Origin: Anaerolineales bacterium
GTDB lineage: Bacteria; Chloroflexota; Anaerolineae; Anaerolineales; UBA11657
NCBI GenBank assembly: GCA_036011785.1
Contig: DASCOB010000217.1
Coordinates: 1 to 52,483 of the forward strand
Direction of reading: 5' to 3'
DNA: 52,483 nucleotides
The notes below the pieces were generated by a model. It ran no database searches. It was given only the letters and a program-made list of their open reading frames with translations, and was not told the DNA's origin. Shown here one piece after another: positions 1 to 9,800 of the stretch. The position numbers were made by a program, and so were the translations under genes. The stretch's first letter is position 1; every line of letters starts with the position of its first letter.

Positions 1-258
1 GGCGGCTGCTCGGTGACGGGCGGGTACGTGTACCGGGGAGGAAATCTCAAGGGCCTGCAAGGCGTCTATGTGTATGGGGATTACTGTTCGGGCCTAATAT
101 GGGCATTGTTCCACACTGCCCCTGACGAATGGACGAACAAACTACTTATCGAAAGCGGGTTGAAAATCAGTTCGTTTGGAGAAGACGAATCGGGTGAGGT
201 TTATGTAGTGGATCATGCCGGCGGAATTTACCGGTTGAAGCACGTAATGGAGCCGTAG
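1..258 (+). CDS. PQQ-dependent sugar (glucose/sorbosone) dehydrogenase-like protein, C-terminal fragment; the 5' end lies outside the window
   Basis: The reading frame is open from base 1. The C-terminal sequence GGYVYRGG...GVYVYGDYCSGLIWAL...SFGEDESGEVYVVDHAGGIYRL matches the last beta-propeller blades of the GSDH family. Confidence 0.6.
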   Translation, partial: GGCSVTGGYVYRGGNLKGLQGVYVYGDYCSGLIWALFHTAPDEWTNKLLIESGLKISSFGEDESGEVYVVDHAGGIYRLKHVMEP

Positions 259-273
259 CACTGTAAAATCACT

Positions 274-2169
274 ATGGTGTCTTCCAATTTACGCCGCATA
301 ATGGCAGGTGCGTGGGCGCCCGCGCTCGCGGTAATGGTTGTCGCCGTTTGCTACCTCTCGACCCTGATGTGGCGGATTAACGGCAGCGACAGCGTCTACG
401 CCGATGACGTGGGCGAGTATCAGGTCGCGCTGCCGCTGTGGGGCACGGTGCACCCCACCGGCACGCCGCTGTATATGCTGCTGGGTTCGCCTTTTGTGAG
501 CGCGTTGCGCGGGGTGGGGTTGGCTCCGTCGGCGGGGGCATCGCTCTTCTCGCTGCTTTGGGCAGCCGCAGGGGTAGCCCTTCTGGCTGCCATTCTGATC
601 AGGCTGGCTGTGCCGCCGGTGCTGAGCGCGCTGGCCGCGCTCGCGATCGGACTGACCCGTTCAATCTGGATACATGGATCCATCGCCGAGGTTTACAGCC
701 TGTGGATGTTCATCACGCTGCTGGCGCTGCTGCTGGCGCTAAAGCTCGATGCGCGCTGGTCGGACGGCGGCGGGTGGCTGCTAGCCCTGCTCGCCGGGCT
801 GGGCGTGGCGCACCATCGCCTGTTTGCGCCTCTACTGCTTGTGCTGGCGCTGTGGCTGTGGAGGCGCGCGCCGCGCGGAAAAGCACTCTGGCGCTGGGGA
901 GTGTTCGCCGCGCCGGCCTTCGCGGGCGGATTTTTTCCATATGCCGATATGGTGTTGCGCGCTCGGCTGGGGGCGGAATGGATTTACGGCGATCCGGGCT
1001 CCTGGGCGGGATTCTGGTCGCTTTTCTGGGCGCGCGAGTACAGCGGCCTGCAGGGCCTGCCGGGTGGCCTGCGGGAACTGGCGGATGCGCTCGCTCGCAG
1101 CGGCAGTGTTTTGTGGGGGGAGTTGCGCTGGCCAGGGTTGCTCTGGGCGCTGCTGGGTGTTCTCCTCGCGATGCGCGCGCCGCTGCGCCGGCCGGCAACA
1201 CTCTTGCTGGGCACGGCGCTAGCTTACTTGCTGTTTGCCATTGCGCTTCCGCGCGCAAACTTTTTTGAGATGGCTGCCATGCCGGTGGCGGCCGCCGTGC
1301 TGCTGACGGCGACGCTCGGCATCGGCAGCGTCGCCGATTCAGCCCTCGGTCTGCGCGTGGCCGCCGCCGCAGCGCTGGCTGTGGTGACTGGCTGGTATGT
1401 GCTTAATAATCGGCCCGCGGTGCTGCAGATTACACGTGACCCGGCCGGAGTGCAGGCAATCGCTCAACTCGATGATCTCAATGCTCCCGCCGCGGCCACT
1501 ATCATGTCGCCATGGGGTCGGCGTCATTTCGCGCTGGCGTACTCCACGCGCGTGGAGCGTCGTTTTCCCGGCTGGCGCGTGGCGCATCATGCCGAGGACT
1601 GGCGCGAGATTTTGCAGCGAGAATCCACGGTTTACACCAACGCCGATTCGATATACGGATTCGGGTCGGAATGGTGGCGCGAAACTCTGCGCGCAGAGCC
1701 ATACTTTAGCGCCGCCGGCCCGGGCTGGGTGGCCATCAGCCTGAGCCCGCTGCCGATGGATGCCGAGCGACCGGCTCACCTCGAGCTTGCGTCCGGGATG
1801 CACCTCAAGGGTTGGACGTTTAAGGAACAGGACGGCGCTTTTAAGGCGACCCTATGCTGGCAAGCGGTGCAATCCCCGATGGCCGATTACAGCACCTTTG
1901 TGCATCTGGGCAGCGTGGCGAAGATTGTGCTGCCAGAGCAACTAGTGGCATCTTCCGACCACTCCACCCCGGTAGACGGGTGGCGTCCGAGCGGCGGCTG
2001 GCAGCGCGAAGAGGTGGTCTGCGATGCGCATTCGATTGCGCTTCCGCCCCAAGCTGGGTTCAGCCATGTGATCGCGGGGATGTACACGCGCACAGAGTCA
2101 GGAGGTTTTGAGCAGCTGGGGGCGTTGCGCTGGGCGCGCGCGGGGCGCCGATGGAGCGTGGTGCGGTGA
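274..2169 (+). CDS. DUF2723/TMEM260-like polytopic GT-C membrane glycosyltransferase with one C-terminal LYW/PPG module
   Basis: 631-aa ORF. N-terminal motif DDVGEYQVALPLWGTVHPTGTPLYMLLG matches the D.GE...HPPGYPLY signature of DUF2723. Many hydrophobic helices follow. The soluble C-terminal tail starts near 1798 and carries the shared module. Confidence 0.75.
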   Translation: MVSSNLRRIMAGAWAPALAVMVVAVCYLSTLMWRINGSDSVYADDVGEYQVALPLWGTVHPTGTPLYMLLGSPFVSALRGVGLAPSAGASLFSLLWAAAGVALLAAILIRLAVPPVLSALAALAIGLTRSIWIHGSIAEVYSLWMFITLLALLLALKLDARWSDGGGWLLALLAGLGVAHHRLFAPLLLVLALWLWRRAPRGKALWRWGVFAAPAFAGGFFPYADMVLRARLGAEWIYGDPGSWAGFWSLFWAREYSGLQGLPGGLRELADALARSGSVLWGELRWPGLLWALLGVLLAMRAPLRRPATLLLGTALAYLLFAIALPRANFFEMAAMPVAAAVLLTATLGIGSVADSALGLRVAAAAALAVVTGWYVLNNRPAVLQITRDPAGVQAIAQLDDLNAPAAATIMSPWGRRHFALAYSTRVERRFPGWRVAHHAEDWREILQRESTVYTNADSIYGFGSEWWRETLRAEPYFSAAGPGWVAISLSPLPMDAERPAHLELASGMHLKGWTFKEQDGAFKATLCWQAVQSPMADYSTFVHLGSVAKIVLPEQLVASSDHSTPVDGWRPSGGWQREEVVCDAHSIALPPQAGFSHVIAGMYTRTESGGFEQLGALRWARAGRRWSVVR

Positions 2170-4742
2170 TGGCTCTTTCCACAGCCCTAGCTTTGTTTGG
2201 TTTGGCGGTGTTCGCGGCCTGGCCTCTACTGCGTGCCGGCGCTACCACGGTCATTGACGGGACAAACCACTTTTATCGGTTGGCCGAACTCCACTGGGCG
2301 CTGCAGAACGGAAGCATCTATCCACGTTGGTTGCCGGATTTCGCCTACGGGTTTGGAGTTCCGACCTTCAATTTCTACCCGCCGTTGAGTTACTGGGCCG
2401 CAGAGGTGTGGGCGCTGCTGGGGATGCCCCTTTCCCGGGCGCTCGAGATAGGCTATTTCTCTGCGCTGCTCACGCTAGTTGTTGGAGCATACCTATGGGC
2501 GCGCGCGGTGTTCCACTCAGAGGCGGCGGCCCTGGCCTCGGCCGCCTCGTATGGCCTGTGCCCGTATCTATTTGTAAACTTACTGCGGCGAGGTGCGTAC
2601 CCCGAGCTTTGGGGTATGGCGCTGGCGCCGTGGGTGCTGCTGGCGGTTTTACGGCTGGCACGGAATACATGCGCCCGATCAATGCTTTTCCTGGCGGCTA
2701 CGGTTGCCATCCAGATCTTGGCTCATCCGCTCTCCGCTTTCATGCTCATTCCGTTCCTTCCCTTGTATCTGGTCGGCTTGATTCAAGTTGATTGGCGGCG
2801 GTGGTTATGGGCAGGTGGCGCGCTGGTACTTGCAGCAGGGTTGGCGGCTATTTATTGGTTTCCGGCGCTGGCTGAAGAACGCTTTGTGCAGATGTCGCGT
2901 ACTGTGAGCCACCCGCTGCTGGATTTCCACAACCATTTTCTCTCCTCGAGCGCATTGCTAGCCTCGCCGTACGTGCTCGATTCTTTGCGAATATTCATGC
3001 CCATGCAGCCCAGCCTTAGTTGGGTCGTGGTCGTGTTAGCCCTTGTGGGGTGGTGGGCGCAACGACGGCGCCTATCCATCCTTGTAATTGGGGTGATTGC
3101 GTTAATTATGGTTTTTCTAGTCACGCCCGCGTCAATGGTGGTGTGGGAATCGGTGCCTAAGATGCCCATGGCCCAGTTCCCTTGGCGTTTTGTGGGGCCG
3201 CTGAGTCTGCTGGCCGCGATGTTGGCTGGATGCGGCGTGGCTGCACTCAGACAACGGTGGGTCTTACCACTGTTTGTGCTGGGGGTCGCGCTGTTTTCGA
3301 TGGGTTGGATGTTTGGCTATCCAGCTGCCAGCCTGGAGGGGAAAACGCATGCGGACATTCCAGTGTTTGAACGGAAAACCGGCCTAGTTGGTTCAACCGT
3401 GTTCGGTGAGTTCCTGACCGTGTGGATGCCCGAGCTGCTCTCGTATGGCGTATTCGAGGATAGCTACGCAGCCCGCGAGCTGCCGCCACCTCGCCTGGAC
3501 GTGGCGTCGCTGCCCCCCGGCGTGCAGGTGCTGCGCGAGAGGCCGCGGTTCGATTCCACTTCGATCGAGTACGAGACGAATGCACCTTTCGATGCCCGCC
3601 TGCACTGGTTGATCTTTCCCGATGTCCGGGCTGAAGTGGACGGCGTGTCTTTGCGGGTCGGGCCGGAGCCGGGTACCGGCCTGGTGCTTGTTTCTGGGCT
3701 GCCTGCCGGGCGGCACACGTTCACCGTCGGGCAGGTGCTCTCCGGTCCGCAGCGCCTCGGCACGGCGATCAGCTTGGCAAGCCTGGTGATACTGGTCGGC
3801 GGCTGGCTGTTGACACGGCGCATCGTGCGGGGGCGGCGCGCCACACCTTCACGATGGTCGGGCATTTCGGTCGCGCTGGTTGCTGTTGGCTTGATTGTGA
3901 TGCGGGTGACCTGGCTGGACATACGACCGTCGCCTTTCTATCGCTCCAGCTTCGACGGAAAGTACGTGGAGGGAGCGGAGCCGCGTGCAGTCGATTTTGG
4001 CGCGAAGATGCGGCTCGTCGGTCTGCGTGTGAATGAGCGCAAGAACGAGGTTCGGCTCTACTGGCGACCGCTGCAGAAGCTGAGAGTTGATTACAGCACG
4101 GCCTTGTATTTGGAAGATGCAGAGAGGTATCGCTATGGCCAAAAGGACAGCCAGCACCCCGGGGAGGTGCCCACCAGCCGCTGGGAGGTGCAGCAGTACG
4201 CGGACGACGTGCACGCGTTGCATCCCTTGCCAGGGACGCCCCCCGGGGAGTACCGTCTGGTGACCGGCGTTTATTCGGTGGATGGCGGCTTGGATGTGCT
4301 TACGCCGCAGGGGCCAGCCGGCCACTATGTGGACGTCGGCGCGTTCACGGTGCCGCGCGCCGGTCGCCCACCCAGCATCGCGGAGCTGGCGCCGCAGGTG
4401 GTGAGCGAGAGGTCTTTTGGAGATTTCACCTTGCTGGGTTACGACATTGACCGGCCGGCGGTCGAGCCAGGAACGCCGTTCTATGTGACGCTTTACTGGC
4501 AGGCAACCCGGGCGCTTCCCGCCGGCACTCTTTTGGAGTTGGTCTTGCGGCGGGGAGATGATGTGCTGGCGAGCGTGACCGCACCCCTGACCACCCGCTC
4601 TGTGGGTTGGGTGGTGGACGAGGTGGGGCGGGGCCCGCAGCGCGTTCCCGTGCCGGCTGAGACGCCGCCCGGCAAAGGCATTATCCTGTTGCGCCTGGGT
4701 GGGCGGGAGATGGTTCTGGGCGAGATTGATGTGGCGGATTGA
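2169..4742 (+). CDS. PTPS-related (PF10131-type) large membrane protein, putative GT-C glycosyltransferase, with two C-terminal LYW/PPG modules
   Basis: Motifs YPRWLPDFAYGFGVPTFNFYPPLSYW and FPWRFVGPL. Clear paralog of the 6831-9956 protein. The ORF track starts at 2151, but the ATG at 2169 overlaps the upstream stop (TGATG), so a coupled start is preferred. Confidence 0.7.
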   Translation: MALSTALALFGLAVFAAWPLLRAGATTVIDGTNHFYRLAELHWALQNGSIYPRWLPDFAYGFGVPTFNFYPPLSYWAAEVWALLGMPLSRALEIGYFSALLTLVVGAYLWARAVFHSEAAALASAASYGLCPYLFVNLLRRGAYPELWGMALAPWVLLAVLRLARNTCARSMLFLAATVAIQILAHPLSAFMLIPFLPLYLVGLIQVDWRRWLWAGGALVLAAGLAAIYWFPALAEERFVQMSRTVSHPLLDFHNHFLSSSALLASPYVLDSLRIFMPMQPSLSWVVVVLALVGWWAQRRRLSILVIGVIALIMVFLVTPASMVVWESVPKMPMAQFPWRFVGPLSLLAAMLAGCGVAALRQRWVLPLFVLGVALFSMGWMFGYPAASLEGKTHADIPVFERKTGLVGSTVFGEFLTVWMPELLSYGVFEDSYAARELPPPRLDVASLPPGVQVLRERPRFDSTSIEYETNAPFDARLHWLIFPDVRAEVDGVSLRVGPEPGTGLVLVSGLPAGRHTFTVGQVLSGPQRLGTAISLASLVILVGGWLLTRRIVRGRRATPSRWSGISVALVAVGLIVMRVTWLDIRPSPFYRSSFDGKYVEGAEPRAVDFGAKMRLVGLRVNERKNEVRLYWRPLQKLRVDYSTALYLEDAERYRYGQKDSQHPGEVPTSRWEVQQYADDVHALHPLPGTPPGEYRLVTGVYSVDGGLDVLTPQGPAGHYVDVGAFTVPRAGRPPSIAELAPQVVSERSFGDFTLLGYDIDRPAVEPGTPFYVTLYWQATRALPAGTLLELVLRRGDDVLASVTAPLTTRSVGWVVDEVGRGPQRVPVPAETPPGKGIILLRLGGREMVLGEIDVAD

Positions 4743-4743
4743 T

Positions 4744-6813
4744 TCAGTCCGTTGTCACCACCCCCACCGGCACTGCGTCTCTTCCGTCCGGCGTGGCATA
4801 ACGCGTGCCGTTATCCAAACGATATAGCCCCAGAGAGACGCGATAATCGCCGGGCGCGGCGTTGGGGGGAAGGCGCAACGTGTGCCGCTGCGCAAATCGT
4901 AAGCCCGGGCGCCACAGTTCGGGCGGAATGTCCAAGCCATCATCTCCAACCAGGAACTCGCCCGCCGGACCAAACAGGTGCGCAGAAATGCTGATAGGCG
5001 GCGGCAGGAGGGCATCCACCTGCCATAGGGCGCTAATGTTCATTGTTTCGCCTGCGCGCGTCACTGTCGCCCCCAGCAGTGTCAGGCCCTCTCCCAGCGT
5101 GGCCGCCGGGAGAGGGTCAACGGAGGGCATGACCCGGGCTCCGACGAGCCGATAGGGCAGCACCATATCTTGCGCCGAACCTCTCTCCACTCCGGGAAGG
5201 TTTTCGATGGTCACTACGGCTCCGTCCGGGATCATGGCAATCAAGTCGCTTTCACGGGCTGGCACAATGATCAGGTAGTTGTCCGGGAGTGGGGGAATGG
5301 GAGCATCTTTGTGCAGTACTAAGAGCAACTCTTCATTTGTGGCAGTGGGCGGCAGCGGTGCAGCGGGTTGGAGCAGCCGCAGTGCGGGCGTGGCGTCGGG
5401 CACGAGTGGAACCAGGAATCTCACAGCCGGATTCTCGCTCCAGACAGAGGCTTCCATCCACGCCTGCCGTTTCGGTGCGGGGTAACTCGAGCTGGCGAGC
5501 ACGCCCTTGTCCTGCCAGCCCACATTCAGGAAACGGTTGACTGCCGTGGCGACCACGGTGATAGGGTGATCAAAAGATGTCGCAATCTGGGGCCGTGCCA
5601 GGTGCCGCTCGAGCCAGAAATCGCGCGTCGTGATGAATGCCGAGCCGAGCAGCATTGCACCGACAACCAGCAGTGCTAGCAGCGGTTGTACCAGAGTGGT
5701 CAGGCGACGATAAATCCAATCTATCCCTATCGCGGGCCAGATGAAAAGCACTGGCAATATCGTGCTGGCGCGGCGAAAATGTGGCGCGGAATGAGAAAAG
5801 ATCGTCACCAGCAGCCCAGCACCTACCCATATACTCAGCAATAGCATTTTCGTTCGCCACCGCCTGCGTAGCGAAAGGCCCAGCGAAATCAGGAATGGAA
5901 CAGCCATGATTAGGTCGAAGACTGGCCGGCCAGCAATGTTCTGGCGCCAATTCCAGTCCCCTTTAGATTTCATCACGAACATTCGCAACACAATCAGTGT
6001 TTGCTTTCCTGTTGTAGTCATGACCGTATTGAAGTCATCTCCGGCACTGAAGACAGAAACATCTTCGCTGCGTTCGATCACTGCCGTCCAGTTGCCCGAT
6101 GCGTAGAGGAGGAGGGGTGTAGCCGCGAGAAGAAACGCGGCCACAAAGAACAGTGCACCTGGCCACAAGCGCCGGGCAGCGCCGCCCATTGCCAGCAGCA
6201 GCGCCCACAGTGGAAATATCAGCGGGACCACACGCGCCGCCTCGTATGTGTATAAAGCCAGGCCAATCAGCAGGCCGGACAGGGTCCAACACCACCATCG
6301 GCGGCTTTGCCACCCTCTGACGCCCAGCCATAAGCCAAATGACAATAAGAGCGCTGACATGGCTGGATTGTCGCCTAGGCGTCCGAGAAGGATCATCCAA
6401 ACGGAAAACGCGCCGGTAAACGCGGCCAGGAGGCCAATTCGCCGGCTGAACAGGCTCCGCGCGACCAGGTAAACGCCGAGAACAGTGCCGCAGCTGGCAA
6501 GGATCGCCGGTAGGCGAATTGCTGCCGGGGTTCTCCCCAGGATGGAGACGGAATGCGCAACCGCGTAGGTGAATAGTGCCGCCCGGCTGTTTTCACCCGC
6601 AAAATAGATCGGTCTTGCGCCACGGATGATCTCAAGCGCGTCCAACCCCTCGACTGCTTCGTCGTAATACAGCCCGGCAGGCAGCGAGGCGAAATCAACA
6701 AAGCGCAGCAAGGTAGCCAGTGACAATGTCAAGCCGATCGCGAGTACCGCTGCGCGGGTAGCGCCCGGGTTACCTCGCGCTGACATTGGCGGGCGAAGGT
6801 GGTTTGACTTCAT
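4744..6813 (-). CDS. ArnT/PMT-like (GT39/GT83-type) GT-C membrane glycosyltransferase with one C-terminal LYW/PPG-type module
   Basis: 689-aa ORF. The N-terminal motif LRFVDFASLPAGLYYDEAVEGLDALEI contains the DE acidic motif after TM1 that is typical of polyprenyl-phosphate-sugar-dependent GT-C enzymes. About 12 hydrophobic segments, then a soluble C-terminal tail. Confidence 0.75.
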   Translation of the reverse strand: MKSNHLRPPMSARGNPGATRAAVLAIGLTLSLATLLRFVDFASLPAGLYYDEAVEGLDALEIIRGARPIYFAGENSRAALFTYAVAHSVSILGRTPAAIRLPAILASCGTVLGVYLVARSLFSRRIGLLAAFTGAFSVWMILLGRLGDNPAMSALLLSFGLWLGVRGWQSRRWWCWTLSGLLIGLALYTYEAARVVPLIFPLWALLLAMGGAARRLWPGALFFVAAFLLAATPLLLYASGNWTAVIERSEDVSVFSAGDDFNTVMTTTGKQTLIVLRMFVMKSKGDWNWRQNIAGRPVFDLIMAVPFLISLGLSLRRRWRTKMLLLSIWVGAGLLVTIFSHSAPHFRRASTILPVLFIWPAIGIDWIYRRLTTLVQPLLALLVVGAMLLGSAFITTRDFWLERHLARPQIATSFDHPITVVATAVNRFLNVGWQDKGVLASSSYPAPKRQAWMEASVWSENPAVRFLVPLVPDATPALRLLQPAAPLPPTATNEELLLVLHKDAPIPPLPDNYLIIVPARESDLIAMIPDGAVVTIENLPGVERGSAQDMVLPYRLVGARVMPSVDPLPAATLGEGLTLLGATVTRAGETMNISALWQVDALLPPPISISAHLFGPAGEFLVGDDGLDIPPELWRPGLRFAQRHTLRLPPNAAPGDYRVSLGLYRLDNGTRYATPDGRDAVPVGVVTTD

Positions 6814-6830
6814 TTCTTGCCTACAGATTG

Positions 6831-9800
6831 CTAGGGAATCACGGTGAGCAGGCCGAGCAGCGCGCGGCTATCGGTGTGTTCGCCTGCGCCCGTGATTGGA
6901 AGCCGCTCGCCGGTCACTCGGTCTACAAGGCCGGCGTGCAGGCGATATGCGCCCGGTTGCGCGTCGACGGGGATAGTAAACGCATGGGGGTCGTCCACAT
7001 ATTCTCCCGCCACCCAGCCAGCAGAAGGGCGCGTCCAATTCAGTGGAACGCCATCATGTTGGGTGACCAGTTCTCCGGCTAAACTTTCCAGATGCACGAA
7101 GACGCTCACGTCTTCGGTGGGCGTGGCCAAGGCGTGCCAAAGGAGGCGGATTTCTAGCACTTCACCTGGATGCGCCTGTGGCTGGCTCCAATCATAGCCG
7201 CTGAGAAGGATGTCGTTGCCGAATGCGAGCCGTACTGGATGGATGACCTTCGGTGGCTCAAAGATGCGCTCGGGGGCGGTGACGCGCAGCTTCACCAAGT
7301 ATGTGATAGCGCTTCCCTCGGAACTCGCTCGTACCGTCCAGCTGTGCTCTCCGTCCGGCAGGTCGGCCGGCAGGCGCAGCAAGTGTTGACCGCGCCAGAC
7401 GTCGCCCGTGCGCCACTGACTGGTCGGGAAGCCGGGCGTTGGGTCGAGTCTGAGCGCGAAATCTGTTCCGCCCAATGCGAGGGTGATGTGCTCATCGGAG
7501 CTAGGCGCAGTTTGCGCGTGAAAGAAGAGAGTGACAGTCATCAAACCGCCGGGGCCGGCCTGCCGGCGGTCAGCGCTTCCGCCGAGCAGAGTAATCTCCG
7601 GGGTCAGGCGGGTTCCTGTTTCGATCTGCATCTCCAATGCGGCCGCCGATGCCGGCGTTGGTGGGCGCACAACTTTCACCGTCCCTAGGTCAATGCGGTC
7701 TGTCTGCGGCACGCCTTCGGGTGTGACGGCTTTTGATGTCTCCAGAGTGGCGTAGTCGAAGAAGGTCCCATACAGTCGGTATTCGCCCGGCGGTGTTCCG
7801 GGCAGGAGCTGGTATTGGCGCGCGAACTGGGCGTACTCTTCCACTGGCCAGTACTGTGTGCGCGGCGGCTCGCGATGCCAGCGCGGCGGCACGGTCTCGT
7901 GCGGGTTGATGTTCCAGATAAGGTTGTCAACACTCTGCAGCCGGAAGAGTGGCCGGTAATCGCGCTGGGGCGTGCTGCGCGGGGTCAGGTACAGGACTAC
8001 CTCGAACGTGCCGCCGCTCGGCACCGGATCGGGCCTGACGCTGTAAGCGAGCGTGTCCAGGCCGTTGTCGAGCGAGACCGCCAGCGGAGTGCCGAGCGAA
8101 GCCGCCTCGATCGAGGTGCGCTGAAACGCGTTGTCGCTGCGGTCAATCAGCAGCAGCTTAGCCGCGAGCAGCGCGAGCGGCAACGCCAACAGCAGAGCAG
8201 GAGCGCGCGCGTGGCGCCACGCGCACGCTGCCGGACGCGGCGAGGCAGCAAGCAGCGCGGCGATAGTTGCCAGCAACGCAGCCACTGCAATACTGGATGC
8301 CAGCGCGCGCAACGGGGTGACGCCAAAATAAACGCGCAATTCGTGTTCGCCGGCCGGGACTTCGAACTTTATCAGGCCCGTGCCCGCCGCCACCTCGAGC
8401 GGGCGTGGCTGTCCATCGACGCTGACGCGCCAGCCGAGGTAGTAGAACATCTGATAGGCAGCGCTGAAGGCCTCGGGGGTGCGCAGGGTTGCGCGGAAGT
8501 CCAACGGGTCCGGGTCGAGGATATCGAGCGTTGCCCCGGCGGGAAGCCCGTGCAGCCGCTCGGGCGTGTCGCCCGCCTGAAGCGCCTCGGCCAGCGTGTT
8601 TTCCTGCGGCAAATAACGCACGGTCTTTGGAAGAAACTCGCCTTTGGCAGAGGTACCCACGGTGAAAGTGTTGTACTCGTATTCCAGCATGGTGCCTATA
8701 GTGGCCTCTGCGAACTCGGCGCAGTAGCGCGGATACCACCAGGATAAGTGACCGAGCGTGGCTACGGTGGCGATGACTGCGGCCGCAACCCAGGAGCGAT
8801 TCGAACTTGCGAGCCAGCGCACCGCCGCCCCGGCCAGAGTGGCAGCGCACAGCGTGGCGACGCCAAGCATGCGCCACGGGAACTGCACGAATGGCAGCAG
8901 CGGGAGCGCATCCCAGAGCGTGCGCGTTAGTGGGAGGGTGAGCGCGCCGTAAAGCAGCAGGGCGCCAAAGAAGAACAGCGGACGCGCCGCGCCACGTTTC
9001 GGCCGGCGCGTGTCCGCGCGAGCGGGTCGCAGCGTCACAGTGGCCGTCCCCAGCAACGCCATCCCGGCGGCGATGGCCCCGAGCGCCTTTGGTGGCGACG
9101 GGTTAATTAAGCGCGGCTGCGTGGCTACCGGTGGAGCCAGTAATTCGGCGCTGGTCAGGAAATTGGTGTAATAGGTGAAAACCGGCGGGACGAGCAACTG
9201 CTCGGTCTGCACCAGGCCGCGTTCTGCCAGCGCCGGCATCCAGAAATGGGCGCTGAGCGCCAGCCCTGCCAACATGATGGCAGCAGCGCGCGCCAGCAGC
9301 TGCCGGCGTCTTTGTTCGCCGGAGATAAACGCTGCGTATCCCGCAATGAGTGGCGTGGCGAGGAGTGCTGAAGCGTTGTGGGTGTAAATCAGGGCAGCAA
9401 AACACAGCGCCGCGAGCGCCCCCCAGCGCAGCGATTCGCGCCGCAGCGCCCGGTCCAGCGTCCACAATATCAGCGGCAGCCAGACCAGCGCCAGGGTCTC
9501 GGCGAGCGCGCCGCGAAAGAGTATATTGAAAGCCAGATACGGTGAGGTCTGGTACACGACTGCGGCGGCCAGCCCTGCCCACGGGCCCCACCAATCGCGC
9601 ACTAGCGCAAACACCGCCAGCCCGGCCAGCAGTATGCACAGCGCCAACGCGATGTGCAGCGCAAGCGGATAGATGAAACCCAGCGCGTGCAGCCCGGCGA
9701 GCATGTATGAACCCAGCGGGGCGTAAAAATTGTAGAGCGGATAGCCGAAGCCGTGCGCCATGTGTGGCGACCAGCGCGGAAACCAGTGACCCAGCTGGAT

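Noticed and set aside
7815-8747. 310-aa plus-strand ORF inside the 6831-9956 gene. Similar long ORFs: 13256-14125(-), 22941-23831(-), 23740-24705(-), 33440-34369(-), 41905-42642(-), 43722-44468(-) and 46028-46843(-).
   Set aside because: All lie antisense or out of frame to genes with unmistakable family motifs. Their translations are Arg/Ala/Gly/Pro-rich low-complexity sequence, typical of stop-poor alternative frames in GC-rich DNA. No recognisable motifs were seen.
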